NCBI GenBank assembly: GCA_963754655.1 | Contig: CAVWGN010000001.1 | Coordinates: forward strand, 2,304,001-2,368,000 | Source of the DNA: an uncultured Chlamydiae bacterium | GTDB taxonomy: Bacteria; Chlamydiota; Chlamydiia; Chlamydiales; Parachlamydiaceae | DNA length: 64,000 nt | Direction of reading: 5' to 3' | Part shown: piece after piece, positions 9,410 through 19,194 of the stretch | Numbering within the stretch: position 1 is the first letter of the stretch | Layout of the letters: each line of letters begins with the position of its first letter | The notes under the pieces: model-generated | What the model was told of the DNA's origin: nothing | The model's database searches: none | Seen by the model: the letters and a program-made list of their open reading frames with translations, nothing else | Program-made: the position numbers and the translations under genes

Positions 9410-9976
9410 ATGGCACTGTCTCAACAAAAATTCCGCGAAATTGTCTTGCAACTCTTATATAGTCAAGATGTCACCCATTCCAATGACGCTTTAATGATTG
9501 AACTGATGATGTCGGAACTCACTGTTTCCAAAAAAAATGTGCGGTTAGCTCAAGAACGTGTACAAAAGATCAGAAAATGTCTTTCAGAAATAGATCCTTT
9601 AATTGCTTCTGTTTCAATTTCCTATGATTTCGAACGCATTCAAGTTGTGACAAAAAACATTTTGAGGCTCGGTGTATATGAGCTTCTTTATGATGATCAA
9701 ATTCCTCATAAAGTGGCCATCGCTGAAGCCATTCGTTTATCGCGAAAATTTAATACGCCGGAATCTGCTTCCTTTGTCAATGCGGTGCTTGACCATCTCT
9801 ATCAAACTAGGCAAGGTGGACAAGTCAATCTGCAAGCACTGACACAACAATCTCAAGCTTTCATACAAAGTGAACAAATCGCCTCTGATGCTGCCCGCGA
9901 ACAATCCCTTCATAAAAAAGAGCTTGGCACAAAGTCTGGAGAGGATCTTTCTCATGACACTAATGGAACAGTTTGA
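9410..9976 (+). CDS. nusB: Transcription antitermination factor NusB
   Basis: REIVLQLLY, ILRLGVYEL, VAIAEAIRLSRKF, FVNAVLD. Confidence 0.93.
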   Translation: MALSQQKFREIVLQLLYSQDVTHSNDALMIELMMSELTVSKKNVRLAQERVQKIRKCLSEIDPLIASVSISYDFERIQVVTKNILRLGVYELLYDDQIPHKVAIAEAIRLSRKFNTPESASFVNAVLDHLYQTRQGGQVNLQALTQQSQAFIQSEQIASDAAREQSLHKKELGTKSGEDLSHDTNGTV

Positions 9977-10850
9977 ACGCCATCGTCTATTAAAAGACGT
10001 GACGACTTTTGGCATTGGGGGGCCAGCAGACTATTTCATTGAAGTCCACGCTATTCCTGCTATGCAATCCGTTCTTCGTTTTTGCAAAATTCATCAATTG
10101 CCTTATTTTATCCTTGGCAAGGGTTCAAATGTATTATTTGATGATCGAGGGTTTGCTGGATTAGTCATCGCCAATCGCATTCATTTCCTCAATAAATTGG
10201 AGGAAAATATTTGGCATGTGGGTGCAGGTTATAGTTTTTCCTTACTAGGGTCACAGACTGCACGTCAAGGATGGACAGGATTAGAGTTTGCCTCAGGTAT
10301 TCCTGGAAGTGTCGGAGGTGCAGTCTACATGAATGCTGGAGCGAATGGATGCGAAACTTGTCAGACTTTAATTTCTGTTGACTTTGTCGATTCAAATGGA
10401 GAATTATTCTGTTTACCAAAAGAGGAACTGTCTTTTGGTTATCGATTCTCTTCTTTTCAACAAAGAAAAGGAGCGATTGTAGGGGCTAATTTTCGGATGA
10501 CAAAAACTCCCGAGGCTCGTCAAAAACAACTAGACATTATAAACTATCGAAAAAAAACACAGCCTTATGATGCTAAATCAGCAGGTTGTGTTTTTCGCAA
10601 TCCCTCGTGTGCTCATGCTGGTGCACTCATCGATCAAAGCGGACTCAAGGGAAAAACTCTCGGCGGTGCACAAGTTTCCACCTTGCATGCTAACTTTGTC
10701 ATCAACACAGGTCATGCCACGTCCGCTGACATTCTTAATCTCATTGAATATATCCGTCATGAAGTGAAAGCCTGCACAGGCTTTCATTTAGAAAACGAAA
10801 TACGCTGCATTCCTTATTGCCCTGCCAAGGGGATATTTGAAAATGAATGA
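9954..10850 (+). CDS. murB: UDP-N-acetylenolpyruvoylglucosamine reductase
   Basis: TTFGIGGPA, LGKGSNVL, GIPGSVGGAVYMNAGA, SAGCVFRNP, HANFVIN; ATG at 9954 preferred over the ORF-track start 9870. Confidence 0.95.
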   Translation: MTLMEQFERHRLLKDVTTFGIGGPADYFIEVHAIPAMQSVLRFCKIHQLPYFILGKGSNVLFDDRGFAGLVIANRIHFLNKLEENIWHVGAGYSFSLLGSQTARQGWTGLEFASGIPGSVGGAVYMNAGANGCETCQTLISVDFVDSNGELFCLPKEELSFGYRFSSFQQRKGAIVGANFRMTKTPEARQKQLDIINYRKKTQPYDAKSAGCVFRNPSCAHAGALIDQSGLKGKTLGGAQVSTLHANFVINTGHATSADILNLIEYIRHEVKACTGFHLENEIRCIPYCPAKGIFENE

Positions 10851-11688
10851 GTTCCGTGCCGATTTACATTGCCATACAACTTGTTCAGATGGCACGGTTA
10901 AACCACAAGATATCATTCAGCTAGCCCATGATATAGGATTGCAAGGTCTTTCTATCACTGATCATGACACCATTTCGGCTTATCCGGAAGCAGCTCCTCT
11001 TGCGCAAGCGAAGAATTTAAGTCTCATATCCGGATTAGAGCTCTCAGCTATTCATCAACACACAAGTGTGCATATTTTAGCTTATAGCTTTCCTCTCTCT
11101 TCTCCGATTATTGAAGAATTTTGCCACAGACATCATCAAAGACGCGAACAGCGCAATCAAGCGATTCTCCATCTTCTGGCTAAACATCACATGCCCTTGT
11201 CCGTTGAAGATTTGTCGCAAGAAGCATTCTCTTGCCCAAAACATTCCATTGGACGTCCGCATATTGCTATGGCAATGGTAAAAAAAGGATATGTCAATTC
11301 CATCCAAGAAGCCTTTTATAAATATATTGGCGAAGGAAAACTCTGCTATGAACCAGGAGCGATTTTTAGCGTAGAGGAAACTCTTGATATCATTCATCAA
11401 GCAAAAGGACTAGCCATTATCGCCCATCCTCATTTAATTGAGAAAGTGGGCATTTTACGAGATTTATTGGAAATGAACTTTGATGGCATTGAAGGTTATT
11501 ATGCACGCTTTCCGCGCACAGCTACTGAACGTTGGATCAAAATTGGCGAGCGCAAAGGGTGGATCATCACAGGTGGATCTGATTTTCATGGAGATATTAA
11601 ACCTACACTTCCTTTGGGAAGTTCATGGGTTAATGCAGAAACATTTGCCATTCTTGAACAACATTTTCAACTCAACCAGTCGTCTTAA
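10837..11688 (+). CDS. PHP-domain phosphoesterase (YciV/TrpH-like)
   Basis: DLHCHTTCSDG, ITDHDT, HILAY, GRPHIA, AHP, TGGSDFHG. Confidence 0.9.
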   Translation: MKMNEFRADLHCHTTCSDGTVKPQDIIQLAHDIGLQGLSITDHDTISAYPEAAPLAQAKNLSLISGLELSAIHQHTSVHILAYSFPLSSPIIEEFCHRHHQRREQRNQAILHLLAKHHMPLSVEDLSQEAFSCPKHSIGRPHIAMAMVKKGYVNSIQEAFYKYIGEGKLCYEPGAIFSVEETLDIIHQAKGLAIIAHPHLIEKVGILRDLLEMNFDGIEGYYARFPRTATERWIKIGERKGWIITGGSDFHGDIKPTLPLGSSWVNAETFAILEQHFQLNQSS

Positions 11689-11701
11689 ACCTAAATCAAA
11701 C

Positions 11702-12958
11702 ATGTCTTATTCTGCTCTTATTCAAAAGCTTTTTAATGTCAATTTATTCGGTGGCGTCAAACTCGGTCTGCAAAATGTTCAATACCTCCAAAAACTATTG
11801 AACTTTCCCGATCGATCTTTCACGACCATCCATGTGGCAGGCACTAATGGCAAAGGCTCAGTCACGACAAAAATTGCTCATGCTTTTGAGCAGGCAGGCT
11901 ATCGAGTCGGGCTGTATACCTCTCCGCATATTTCTAGCTTCAGAGAGCGCATCCGCATCAATGGCACAATGATTCCAGAGGAGGCTGTAGAATCTCTTCT
12001 TACCTTCCTTTTTCAATTAATAGAATCTGAACAAATTCCCGCTACGTTTTTCGAGTTAACCACTTTTTTAGCTTTCCTCTATTTTGCTCATCAACACGTG
12101 GAAGTTGCGGTTTTGGAAACAGGCTTAGGAGGACGTCTAGATGCCACTAATGTGGTCTCCCCTTGCCTATCCATCATTACCTCTATTCAATTAGACCACA
12201 CTGAAATCCTAGGTCATACACGCGAAGCAATCGCTAGGGAAAAAGGAGGGATCATTAAAGAAAAAATTCCAGTCATCATTGGTCCTCATGTTCCTTTAGA
12301 ACCCATTCACTCCATTGCTTTAGACAAAGGCAGCCTTTGCATACAAGTCAAAGAAACTTCTCCTCTCTTTGAAGAGCAAAATCAAATGATTGCCCGTGCA
12401 GCCTTAAATTATCTTGCTTCTCAATTTCATCTTTCGCCTCATGACATTGAAAAAGGCTTAGGAGGAAAACAGCCTTGCCGCTTTGAAGTGATCAATGGAT
12501 CTCCTCATATCATCTTAGACGTGGCACACAATCCTGATGGTCTTCAACATCTTTTTCAAATGATGGCGCATGATTACCCAGAGCAGCCTTTGCGTCTATT
12601 ATTTGGATTATCCAAAAATAAAGATCTTACAGGCTGTTTACAGCTTCTCGCTAAGCATGGCGCTCACTTTCATCTGGTAGAGGCAAGTAATGGACGTGGT
12701 GCATCAGTTACCCATCTTTATACCCATTTATGTGAGTTAGCAGTCAATCCTTCTTGCATTTTCAAGCATGAATTCATTTTTGAAGGGATAAATCAAGCAA
12801 AAGAAAAAGCCATAAAACATGGAGAGATTCTTGTCATTTGTGGTTCTTTCTTTATCATGAAACAAGTGCGACAAGCTCTTGACTTTAATGAACCTTGCGA
12901 TCAACTAGATCTCAATGAGTCATATAGGGCAAAAGAAGATGATTTGCCTCCAAGATGA
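11702..12958 (+). CDS. folC: Dihydrofolate/folylpolyglutamate synthase
   Basis: IHVAGTNGKGS, YTSPH, ETGLGGRLDATN, EKGGIIK, LDVAHNPDG, CGSF; ATG at 11702 is the likely start. Confidence 0.93.
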   Translation: MSYSALIQKLFNVNLFGGVKLGLQNVQYLQKLLNFPDRSFTTIHVAGTNGKGSVTTKIAHAFEQAGYRVGLYTSPHISSFRERIRINGTMIPEEAVESLLTFLFQLIESEQIPATFFELTTFLAFLYFAHQHVEVAVLETGLGGRLDATNVVSPCLSIITSIQLDHTEILGHTREAIAREKGGIIKEKIPVIIGPHVPLEPIHSIALDKGSLCIQVKETSPLFEEQNQMIARAALNYLASQFHLSPHDIEKGLGGKQPCRFEVINGSPHIILDVAHNPDGLQHLFQMMAHDYPEQPLRLLFGLSKNKDLTGCLQLLAKHGAHFHLVEASNGRGASVTHLYTHLCELAVNPSCIFKHEFIFEGINQAKEKAIKHGEILVICGSFFIMKQVRQALDFNEPCDQLDLNESYRAKEDDLPPR

Positions 12959-13162
12959 CTTAGAGTTGCCTAAATGTTTTTATCCTCCTTTAGTTTATCA
13001 TTCTTTTTTAATAAAAATTATAATTGATAGGGAATGAACTTGTAAAGTCGCCAAGTTGAGTTAAAGATAAAAGGTTGATATAAATTCACTAATATGAATA
13101 AGATTGTTCAGCATATATTTCAAATTAAATTTTTATAAATCAAAATAAAAGGTATAAAAAAA

Positions 13163-14569
13163 ATGTTTTCTGTTAATGATATTGAAGTAAGATATTATCT
13201 TGATTTAGAAAATCAAGGAGAATGTAGAGTTTGCTCTAACAAATTTAGCAAAGAAGATTTATTGCAAGAAAAAGTCCATAAAACTTGGTGCAATCATTTT
13301 TTTCATACAGCTTGTTTAGATAATCTTTATAAAGCGAAGCCTTCAGAAAGTCTCCTTTGTAAGACTTGTAAAACACCCACAGATTATGCGTTCGATTCAA
13401 AAGATTGGAAAGCAACAATTGAAAGAATTCGACACCACATTCAGAACAGAGGAAGAGGAAGTAAAAGACATTTAGAAGACTCTAAAGAAGCATTGGTCAT
13501 ACCCCCTCCTAATTTCAAGCCTAGTCTTTGGCGTAAAATAGTGATGCATACTCTATCAAAAAATCGAGAGAGGCCCGATCTATTTTGTCGTTTTTTAACA
13601 ACTATTCAAGATATACGCTTAGTATGTAAAGATTTTTCTCAGTGGTTTTCCTTAGAGGAGTGTTCTCCAAGCTTAAAAATTTATTTAGAAAAAAATAACA
13701 TGCAAGCACATAAAATATTATCATCATCATTGGATAATCCACTCATTCTAGCCTGTGCAAAAAGAAATTTTAGCCTTATTCGCTTTTTGCTTTTGTCTTC
13801 AGATGATCCTACTACACTAGCAACACAGCGTGACGACTTTGGAGTAAATGCTTTTAATTATCTTCTTTTTAACAAACCGAACGTAAAGTCTTTGAAACTT
13901 ATGCTTGAGACAGCTCAAGTGGATATCTATGACGAATGCATGTATTCAGTAGACTGGGATTGCGGAGCGCTAGATTATTTAAATACTAATAAAGAAGATT
14001 TGGCTTGCATGAAATTGTTACTTGAAAAAGCGGACAATAAATATAACGTGTTGGATTATGAATTAGGCAACAGGCTGTTTAAAGGTGATAAAGAAATGGT
14101 TCTCTTTTTTCTAGATCAGTTATTTCAATTTTCTGATAAACCTGAGGTAGCCAATTTTTGTGCTAATTATGACTTTGCGCGCTTCTTTACTGATCACAAT
14201 ATACCAAAAGAAAAGCAGGGAGAATGGTTTGAAAAGTTTCTACCCAGAGAATTTATTCCTCGTTGGTTTAAACTTATGGAAAATGAACAATTTGAATGTA
14301 TTTTTACAGATAGTTCAAAGCGCAATCTTCTTCATAGCGCGATTTCAATTGGTGGAACAGTGGAACTTATTCAAGCCATTATTCAACATGCTCATGTAGA
14401 CCTTTTAAAGCCAAATTTTTTTTATGAATCCGTTCTAGTTTTAGCTTTAAACTCAACTAAGAGGGACATGGCAGAATACTTAGCTGAAACAATGCGTATG
14501 TTGGCGAAACAGCAGAATGATGAAGAAACATTAAATCGTATTGAAAATCTTATGCCAGAATTTGTTTAA
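13163..14569 (+). CDS. Putative effector: RING-H2 finger, F-box-like segment and ankyrin repeats
   Basis: C-x2-C-x18-C-x-H-x2-H-x2-C-x14-C-x2-C; P.LWRKIV...IRLVCKDF; NPLILAC..NFSLIRFLL, RNLLHSAI, SVLVLAL...MAEYL. Confidence 0.7.
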   Translation: MFSVNDIEVRYYLDLENQGECRVCSNKFSKEDLLQEKVHKTWCNHFFHTACLDNLYKAKPSESLLCKTCKTPTDYAFDSKDWKATIERIRHHIQNRGRGSKRHLEDSKEALVIPPPNFKPSLWRKIVMHTLSKNRERPDLFCRFLTTIQDIRLVCKDFSQWFSLEECSPSLKIYLEKNNMQAHKILSSSLDNPLILACAKRNFSLIRFLLLSSDDPTTLATQRDDFGVNAFNYLLFNKPNVKSLKLMLETAQVDIYDECMYSVDWDCGALDYLNTNKEDLACMKLLLEKADNKYNVLDYELGNRLFKGDKEMVLFFLDQLFQFSDKPEVANFCANYDFARFFTDHNIPKEKQGEWFEKFLPREFIPRWFKLMENEQFECIFTDSSKRNLLHSAISIGGTVELIQAIIQHAHVDLLKPNFFYESVLVLALNSTKRDMAEYLAETMRMLAKQQNDEETLNRIENLMPEFV

Positions 14570-14746
14570 TTTTTAGTCAGAGAAACTTTTCAATCCTGAA
14601 GTTAACTGATTGTGGCTCACCTTACGTATTGCTCTCTCCTAAATAACCTCTGGTCATTTTCGGTTTTTAGAGAGAGAGCTGTTATCAGTTTGACTTGAGC
14701 GTAAGGTGTAAGATGAAGGATTGAAGAACTTCTTACCATTTAATTG

Positions 14747-15856
14747 CTATTGCGTTAGTGGCCGTAACAAAAATCCATGAGAAACACCATTAATCTTGCC
14801 TTGACCAATGATATGCCCACTATCGTTGAGATCAACAAGCTCATCTAAAGAATCCCAAACATGACCTTGATGATCAGTTAAATCCACCACTTCTAATAAA
14901 TCATAAAGCTGGCCTTTCTCCCAAATTGCCGGCTTCCCTCTTTTTTCACCCTCTAAAAATTTTCCCACAATCAAATTTTGATTATTATTTTTAATAGGAT
15001 CAAAGTGGTCGATCATGATGCATTCGCTGAAAGAATCACTCAAAAAACCACGAGTGGTGTGAGTCAAAGGATCATAAAAAGTTCCGATCACTTGACCGAG
15101 GTCATTGATGGCCCTTCCAATTCCATTAACAGGAAATTTCAAAAGGCGGATTGCCTCATCTGCGATATTATAAACAAACGTGCCCACCCTTTCCTCTTCA
15201 TGCACGCTATCTTCTTCTTTATAATAGTATCCTAAAACTTCCGATCGATTATTAATGCTTATTCCTATACAAGAGTGCAGCTGAGTAACGAGCTTGTATT
15301 CACCCTTTTGATAAATCCACATCCGATATTGAAATCCTAAAGGATTTCCTACCAAAAAGTCTTTAATGGAATCGCTGTTCATCACAACTAACTCACCATG
15401 ATCATTGACATCCCATAATACTGTTCTTTCCTGTTGAAAAGGAGAATACTTGCCTGCGTCTTTTGGAAATCCCAATCCCACCACGTTAAAAAGGGTAAAA
15501 AAGCTTAAAGGATTTTGCCAACAAAAAATTGTTTCTTGATCGAAATCCCAAATATCATCATTGACTAACAGCCATTGACTACCAAAAATTTCAGAATGAT
15601 TATTGATTAAAGGTCTAATTGAAGGGCGAATTTTAAAATAATTGAGTTGATTTGAAGAAGGATCCCAAATAAATATGTAACTTTTAGCGTTATGCTTAAA
15701 TATTCCACAAATCTGTCCGCTCTCGTTGATGCTAGTTACCTCGCTTGTTTGATAATTAAGCAGCCCGATATCGATTAAGTGGTAACGTTGCAGTGCATTC
15801 AGGGAATCAACAAAAAAAAATAATAATGAAAATAGATAAAGGAAATATTTTATCAC
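14747..15856 (-). CDS. Secreted HAF-type extracellular repeat protein
   Basis: Signal peptide; repeated IN(D/E/N)xGxxxG units (INESGQICG, INNRSEVLG, INDLGQVIG, LNDSGHIIG); terminal HGFLL. Confidence 0.75.
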   Translation of the reverse strand: MIKYFLYLFSLLFFFVDSLNALQRYHLIDIGLLNYQTSEVTSINESGQICGIFKHNAKSYIFIWDPSSNQLNYFKIRPSIRPLINNHSEIFGSQWLLVNDDIWDFDQETIFCWQNPLSFFTLFNVVGLGFPKDAGKYSPFQQERTVLWDVNDHGELVVMNSDSIKDFLVGNPLGFQYRMWIYQKGEYKLVTQLHSCIGISINNRSEVLGYYYKEEDSVHEEERVGTFVYNIADEAIRLLKFPVNGIGRAINDLGQVIGTFYDPLTHTTRGFLSDSFSECIMIDHFDPIKNNNQNLIVGKFLEGEKRGKPAIWEKGQLYDLLEVVDLTDHQGHVWDSLDELVDLNDSGHIIGQGKINGVSHGFLLRPLTQ

Positions 15857-15994
15857 TTTACACTCCTGCTAAATGGATACTTATTCTAATCCTTCTCTCG
15901 ATTTAGAACAATATGGAGTTATAAATGAACAATTCTTCAAATTGGAAGAGACTTTATTGCAGTGAATAAAATGTGTATAGCCATTTAAGCTAAG

Positions 15995-16033
15995 AAAAAA
16001 AGCCAAGCAGATGACCTTGAGTCGTTGCTTGGC
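15995..16033 (-). terminator. Probable intrinsic terminator of the 16047-16568 gene
   Basis: gccaagca..tgcttggc stem followed by a T7 run on the minus strand. Confidence 0.6.
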
Positions 16034-16046
16034 CAAATTCCGTCAG

Positions 16047-16568
16047 TTAACCGTGATTCTGAATAGCAGCCAAAATAACCTGTGGATCTTGTCTAAGAGC
16101 TGCATATTGAGGATCCTCGCCATCGTTCTGAATGGCAGCTAAGAGAATTGCTGGATCTTTTTTAAGGCTTTCATCTGGATGCAGAAGAATCTGAACATTT
16201 TTCTTAGCGGCAGCCAGGATCACCTGTCCAATCAGGTGATGTTGCTGAGATGTCCAATGCTCGCTCACCTCAATTCCCTTATAAATAATGGATTGAATGG
16301 ATTGAGCAGGATTTTCACGTTGAAAAAAAGGCTGTACCAGGGACTTCGCCCATGAGATGGAAGGATTTTTCTCAAGAATGCGTTTCCACTTTTGACAGGT
16401 AAGTAAAATAGAATAAATATCATGTAAAGCTTGGCTGTCTTGATTGATAATCCGATTAAAAATTATTTTGAATATATCCTCAGGAATGAATATATTGACA
16501 GCTTCATTTGAAGGATTTTGCGTGATTTGTGAATGATGACTGTTAATGTACATTATTATTATCTCCAT
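16047..16568 (-). CDS. F-box-like protein with DUF4116-like repeats
   Basis: IPEDIFKIIF...ILLTCQKWKRI; repeats LKKDPAILLAAIQNDG and LRQDPQVILAAIQNHG. Confidence 0.65.
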   Translation of the reverse strand: MEIIIMYINSHHSQITQNPSNEAVNIFIPEDIFKIIFNRIINQDSQALHDIYSILLTCQKWKRILEKNPSISWAKSLVQPFFQRENPAQSIQSIIYKGIEVSEHWTSQQHHLIGQVILAAAKKNVQILLHPDESLKKDPAILLAAIQNDGEDPQYAALRQDPQVILAAIQNHG

Positions 16569-16923
16569 TAAAAAAAGTTAAAAAACAAACAAAACATTTA
16601 ATAATTATTGATTTTTAAATAAATTTACAATTATTATGAAATTATTTTAATAAGATTTAATAATAATGTCAATAAAAAAAATTTAGTTTGTGTTAGAACA
16701 AATTTTAGAGCATCGCTCAATTCTCCCTTTTGATTATTTCGTAGAGGCTTTTAAGAATTTTTTCGTCGGAGCGACTGAGTTTGATCACTCGAAGCCATAT
16801 CCTTTTCTAAACTATTTGTCAGCTATTATCAATGTGTCAATTTTTTTTGCTGTCAGATTAACAAAACATTGTATGGATAACCAGAGAAAGATATATAAGT
16901 AATAAAAAGAAGGAGCTCATCTC

Positions 16924-17400
16924 ATGTCCTCGGTCCTGAATTTTTTCCAGTCTGAGCATGTTCTCGCTCTTCTCATTGCCATTTTGATTTTCCTGACTAC
17001 TTTATTCTTAGTTGTTAAGCGTTGGATTGGTTTTTCTATCACCCTGCTGCTTCTTCTTTTCTCTTTAGTAGCAGGCCTTCTGATTAATCATCACCAAGAC
17101 TTTCAGCATTATCTTAGCTTCTCTTCTTCTCCCGTAAAAGAGGAAGTGACAACAGCAGATTTCCACAAACAAATGCAACAAGCCATGGAGGGTTTGAAAC
17201 TAGAGGTCGCCACTGAAAAAGAAAATTTGCGTCGTGTCATGACTCAAGTTCAAGAGATTTTCAATTCTATGGATATGCAAAAGCAGAAACTACAAAACTT
17301 CATAGACGAAGTGCGTGAACGATTCAAAACACATTATCCTACAGAACATCCTCCTTTATCTACACCCTCTACAGCCCCTCTTGCTGAAGCGGAAAGCTGA
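16924..17400 (+). CDS. Bilobed-hydrophobic plus coiled-coil membrane protein (Inc-like architecture)
   Basis: Two adjacent hydrophobic stretches (aa ~13-54), heptad-like C-terminal region; aggag RBS. Confidence 0.6.
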   Translation: MSSVLNFFQSEHVLALLIAILIFLTTLFLVVKRWIGFSITLLLLLFSLVAGLLINHHQDFQHYLSFSSSPVKEEVTTADFHKQMQQAMEGLKLEVATEKENLRRVMTQVQEIFNSMDMQKQKLQNFIDEVRERFKTHYPTEHPPLSTPSTAPLAEAES

Positions 17401-17475
17401 TAGCATGGAAAATGGCAGCTTATAAATATCCATGTAAGATGTCCTTCGGGAACACTCAGGGTTTCTGATGAACAT

Positions 17476-17972
17476 CTAGTACTCAACCACATGAGTTTTT
17501 GCCTATTAGGGCGGTGCAAACCCTCGATGCATTAAGTTAAGAGTAGGCGCTAGGCTATACGCGACGCATTCAGTCGCCCGCCGCTTCGCTCCGGGCTCTA
17601 GGTAAGGGGATATGAACCCACCGTTCGGTCGCCCTCCGGGCTCGGTCACGGTGGGCTATGATCAGTCGTCCTCCGGACTCTAGCAGCATTATCAAAACGC
17701 CTTGACTAGCATTCTAGCAGCATTATCAAACGCCTTACCTAACATTCAATGGCTTTTACATTGCTGCTAGAGTCCGGAGGACGACTGATCATAGCCCACC
17801 GTGACCGAGCCTGGAGGGCGACCGAACGGTGGGTTCATATCCCCTTACCTAGAGCCCAGAGCGAAGCGGCGGGCGACTGAATGCGTCGCGTAGCCTAGCG
17901 CCCATCTCTTACCTTAACGCATAGGGATTTAAAAACATCTCGATAGGCAAAAACTCATGTGGTTGAGTCTAG
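17476..17972. mobile_element. Nested palindromic non-autonomous element (MITE/REPIN-like, three layers)
   Basis: Outer IR ctagtactcaaccacatgagtttttgcctat; middle IR atgcattaagttaagag...; inner CTAG-bounded IR 17598-17852 with GC-rich REP-like stems; a further outer-arm copy starts at 17969. Confidence 0.8.
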
Positions 17973-18162
17973 TACTCAACCACATGAGTTTTTGCCTATT
18001 GGAACTGCTTGCAAACTTCCACGGCTAACTCAACAAGAAAGAGAGTATCCTTCCATTGGCAAGAAGACTTGGCAAGCTTAATGACCTAACTTTTACGCCG
18101 TATGCAACTTTTATGTCGTTCTTTTGAGACGGCATAAAACTTGCACGCGCATAAATTTTTTA

Positions 18163-19194
18163 TTAATAACTATGAGGATCAATTTTTACTTTTCCGTGAA
18201 AGATATAGTAAACAGCCGTCGTATAAGCAATCACCAATGGAATGCCAATGACAGCCATTAAAAACAAAACTTCCAATGTCAATTTGGAAGAAGCCGAATT
18301 GTAAATGGTTAAACTAAGATTGTGGGGATCGTCGATTGAACGCACCACATTTGGATAAGTGCCAATGGCATACAAAGCCAGCAAGCATACCATGTTGAAA
18401 CAAGAAGAAGCAAAGGCGTGGGCATCCCGGCCACGATAAATTTCCCTAGGGATATTCGCAACAAGCAAGATATTAAAAATGGCAATGGCAAAAAAGATAG
18501 GACGATCGTGCAAGGCTTGGATCATATGAGGCATATAAATCAGTGTTGCCATAGTTGTCACTGCATAAATAATAATAAAAAAAATAATGCAAGGATTCGT
18601 CCAGCTGCGCATCTTATCGTGAAAATCCCCTTCGGTCTTCATTAAAATATAAATCGATCCATGCATAGCAAACAAAGAAAGCGTTAACAAGCCTACTAAA
18701 AAAGCATAAGGATTAAAAATTGTGTCAATTGTCCCTATAAATTCCTTGTTTGCATCTAATGGAATGCCTCGAATGAGATTGCCTATAATCATGCCCAATA
18801 TAAAGGAAATAAGGGTACTCCCCAAAAAAAAGACAATGTCCCAAGTCCAACGCCACCACTTCATCGGCTGCTTACTTCGAAATTCAATGGCGACGGCGCG
18901 AAAAATTAAACCGAATAAGAGCATCATGACAGGCATGTAAAATGCCGATAGCATCGTCGCATAAATATCCGGAAAACCTGCAAAGAGAGCTCCTCCAGCA
19001 GTCACTAGCCAGACTTCATTACCATCCCATACAGGCCCAATCGAATTAAGCATGACGCGGCGCTCTTGATCACCTTTGGCAAATAAATGCAGCATGCCAA
19101 CTCCCAGATCAAAGCCGTCCAAGATAGCATATCCAATAATCAGAATGACAAAAACTGTAAACCAGCCAAATTCTAAATCATAGATCGGTATCAT
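18163..19194 (-). CDS. cydB: Cytochrome bd ubiquinol oxidase subunit II
   Basis: LDGFDLGVG, IGPVWDGNEVWLV, FRAVAIEFR. Confidence 0.96.
   Translation of the reverse strand: MIPIYDLEFGWFTVFVILIIGYAILDGFDLGVGMLHLFAKGDQERRVMLNSIGPVWDGNEVWLVTAGGALFAGFPDIYATMLSAFYMPVMMLLFGLIFRAVAIEFRSKQPMKWWRWTWDIVFFLGSTLISFILGMIIGNLIRGIPLDANKEFIGTIDTIFNPYAFLVGLLTLSLFAMHGSIYILMKTEGDFHDKMRSWTNPCIIFFIIIYAVTTMATLIYMPHMIQALHDRPIFFAIAIFNILLVANIPREIYRGRDAHAFASSCFNMVCLLALYAIGTYPNVVRSIDDPHNLSLTIYNSASSKLTLEVLFLMAVIGIPLVIAYTTAVYYIFHGKVKIDPHSY

Noticed and set aside
11480..11701. N-terminal extension of folC given by the ORF track (similarly murB 9870 and uvrA 57902)
   Set aside because: For folC and murB the extension overlaps the upstream gene; in all three, family similarity begins at the downstream ATG
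14581..14733. Degenerate inverted repeats between the RING-ankyrin and HAF-repeat genes
   Set aside because: Pairing is patchy; cannot tell a terminator from a decayed MITE, so not called
16690..16902. 70-aa ORF upstream of the Inc-like gene
   Set aside because: No recognisable motif or RBS; lies in an AT-rich divergent promoter region
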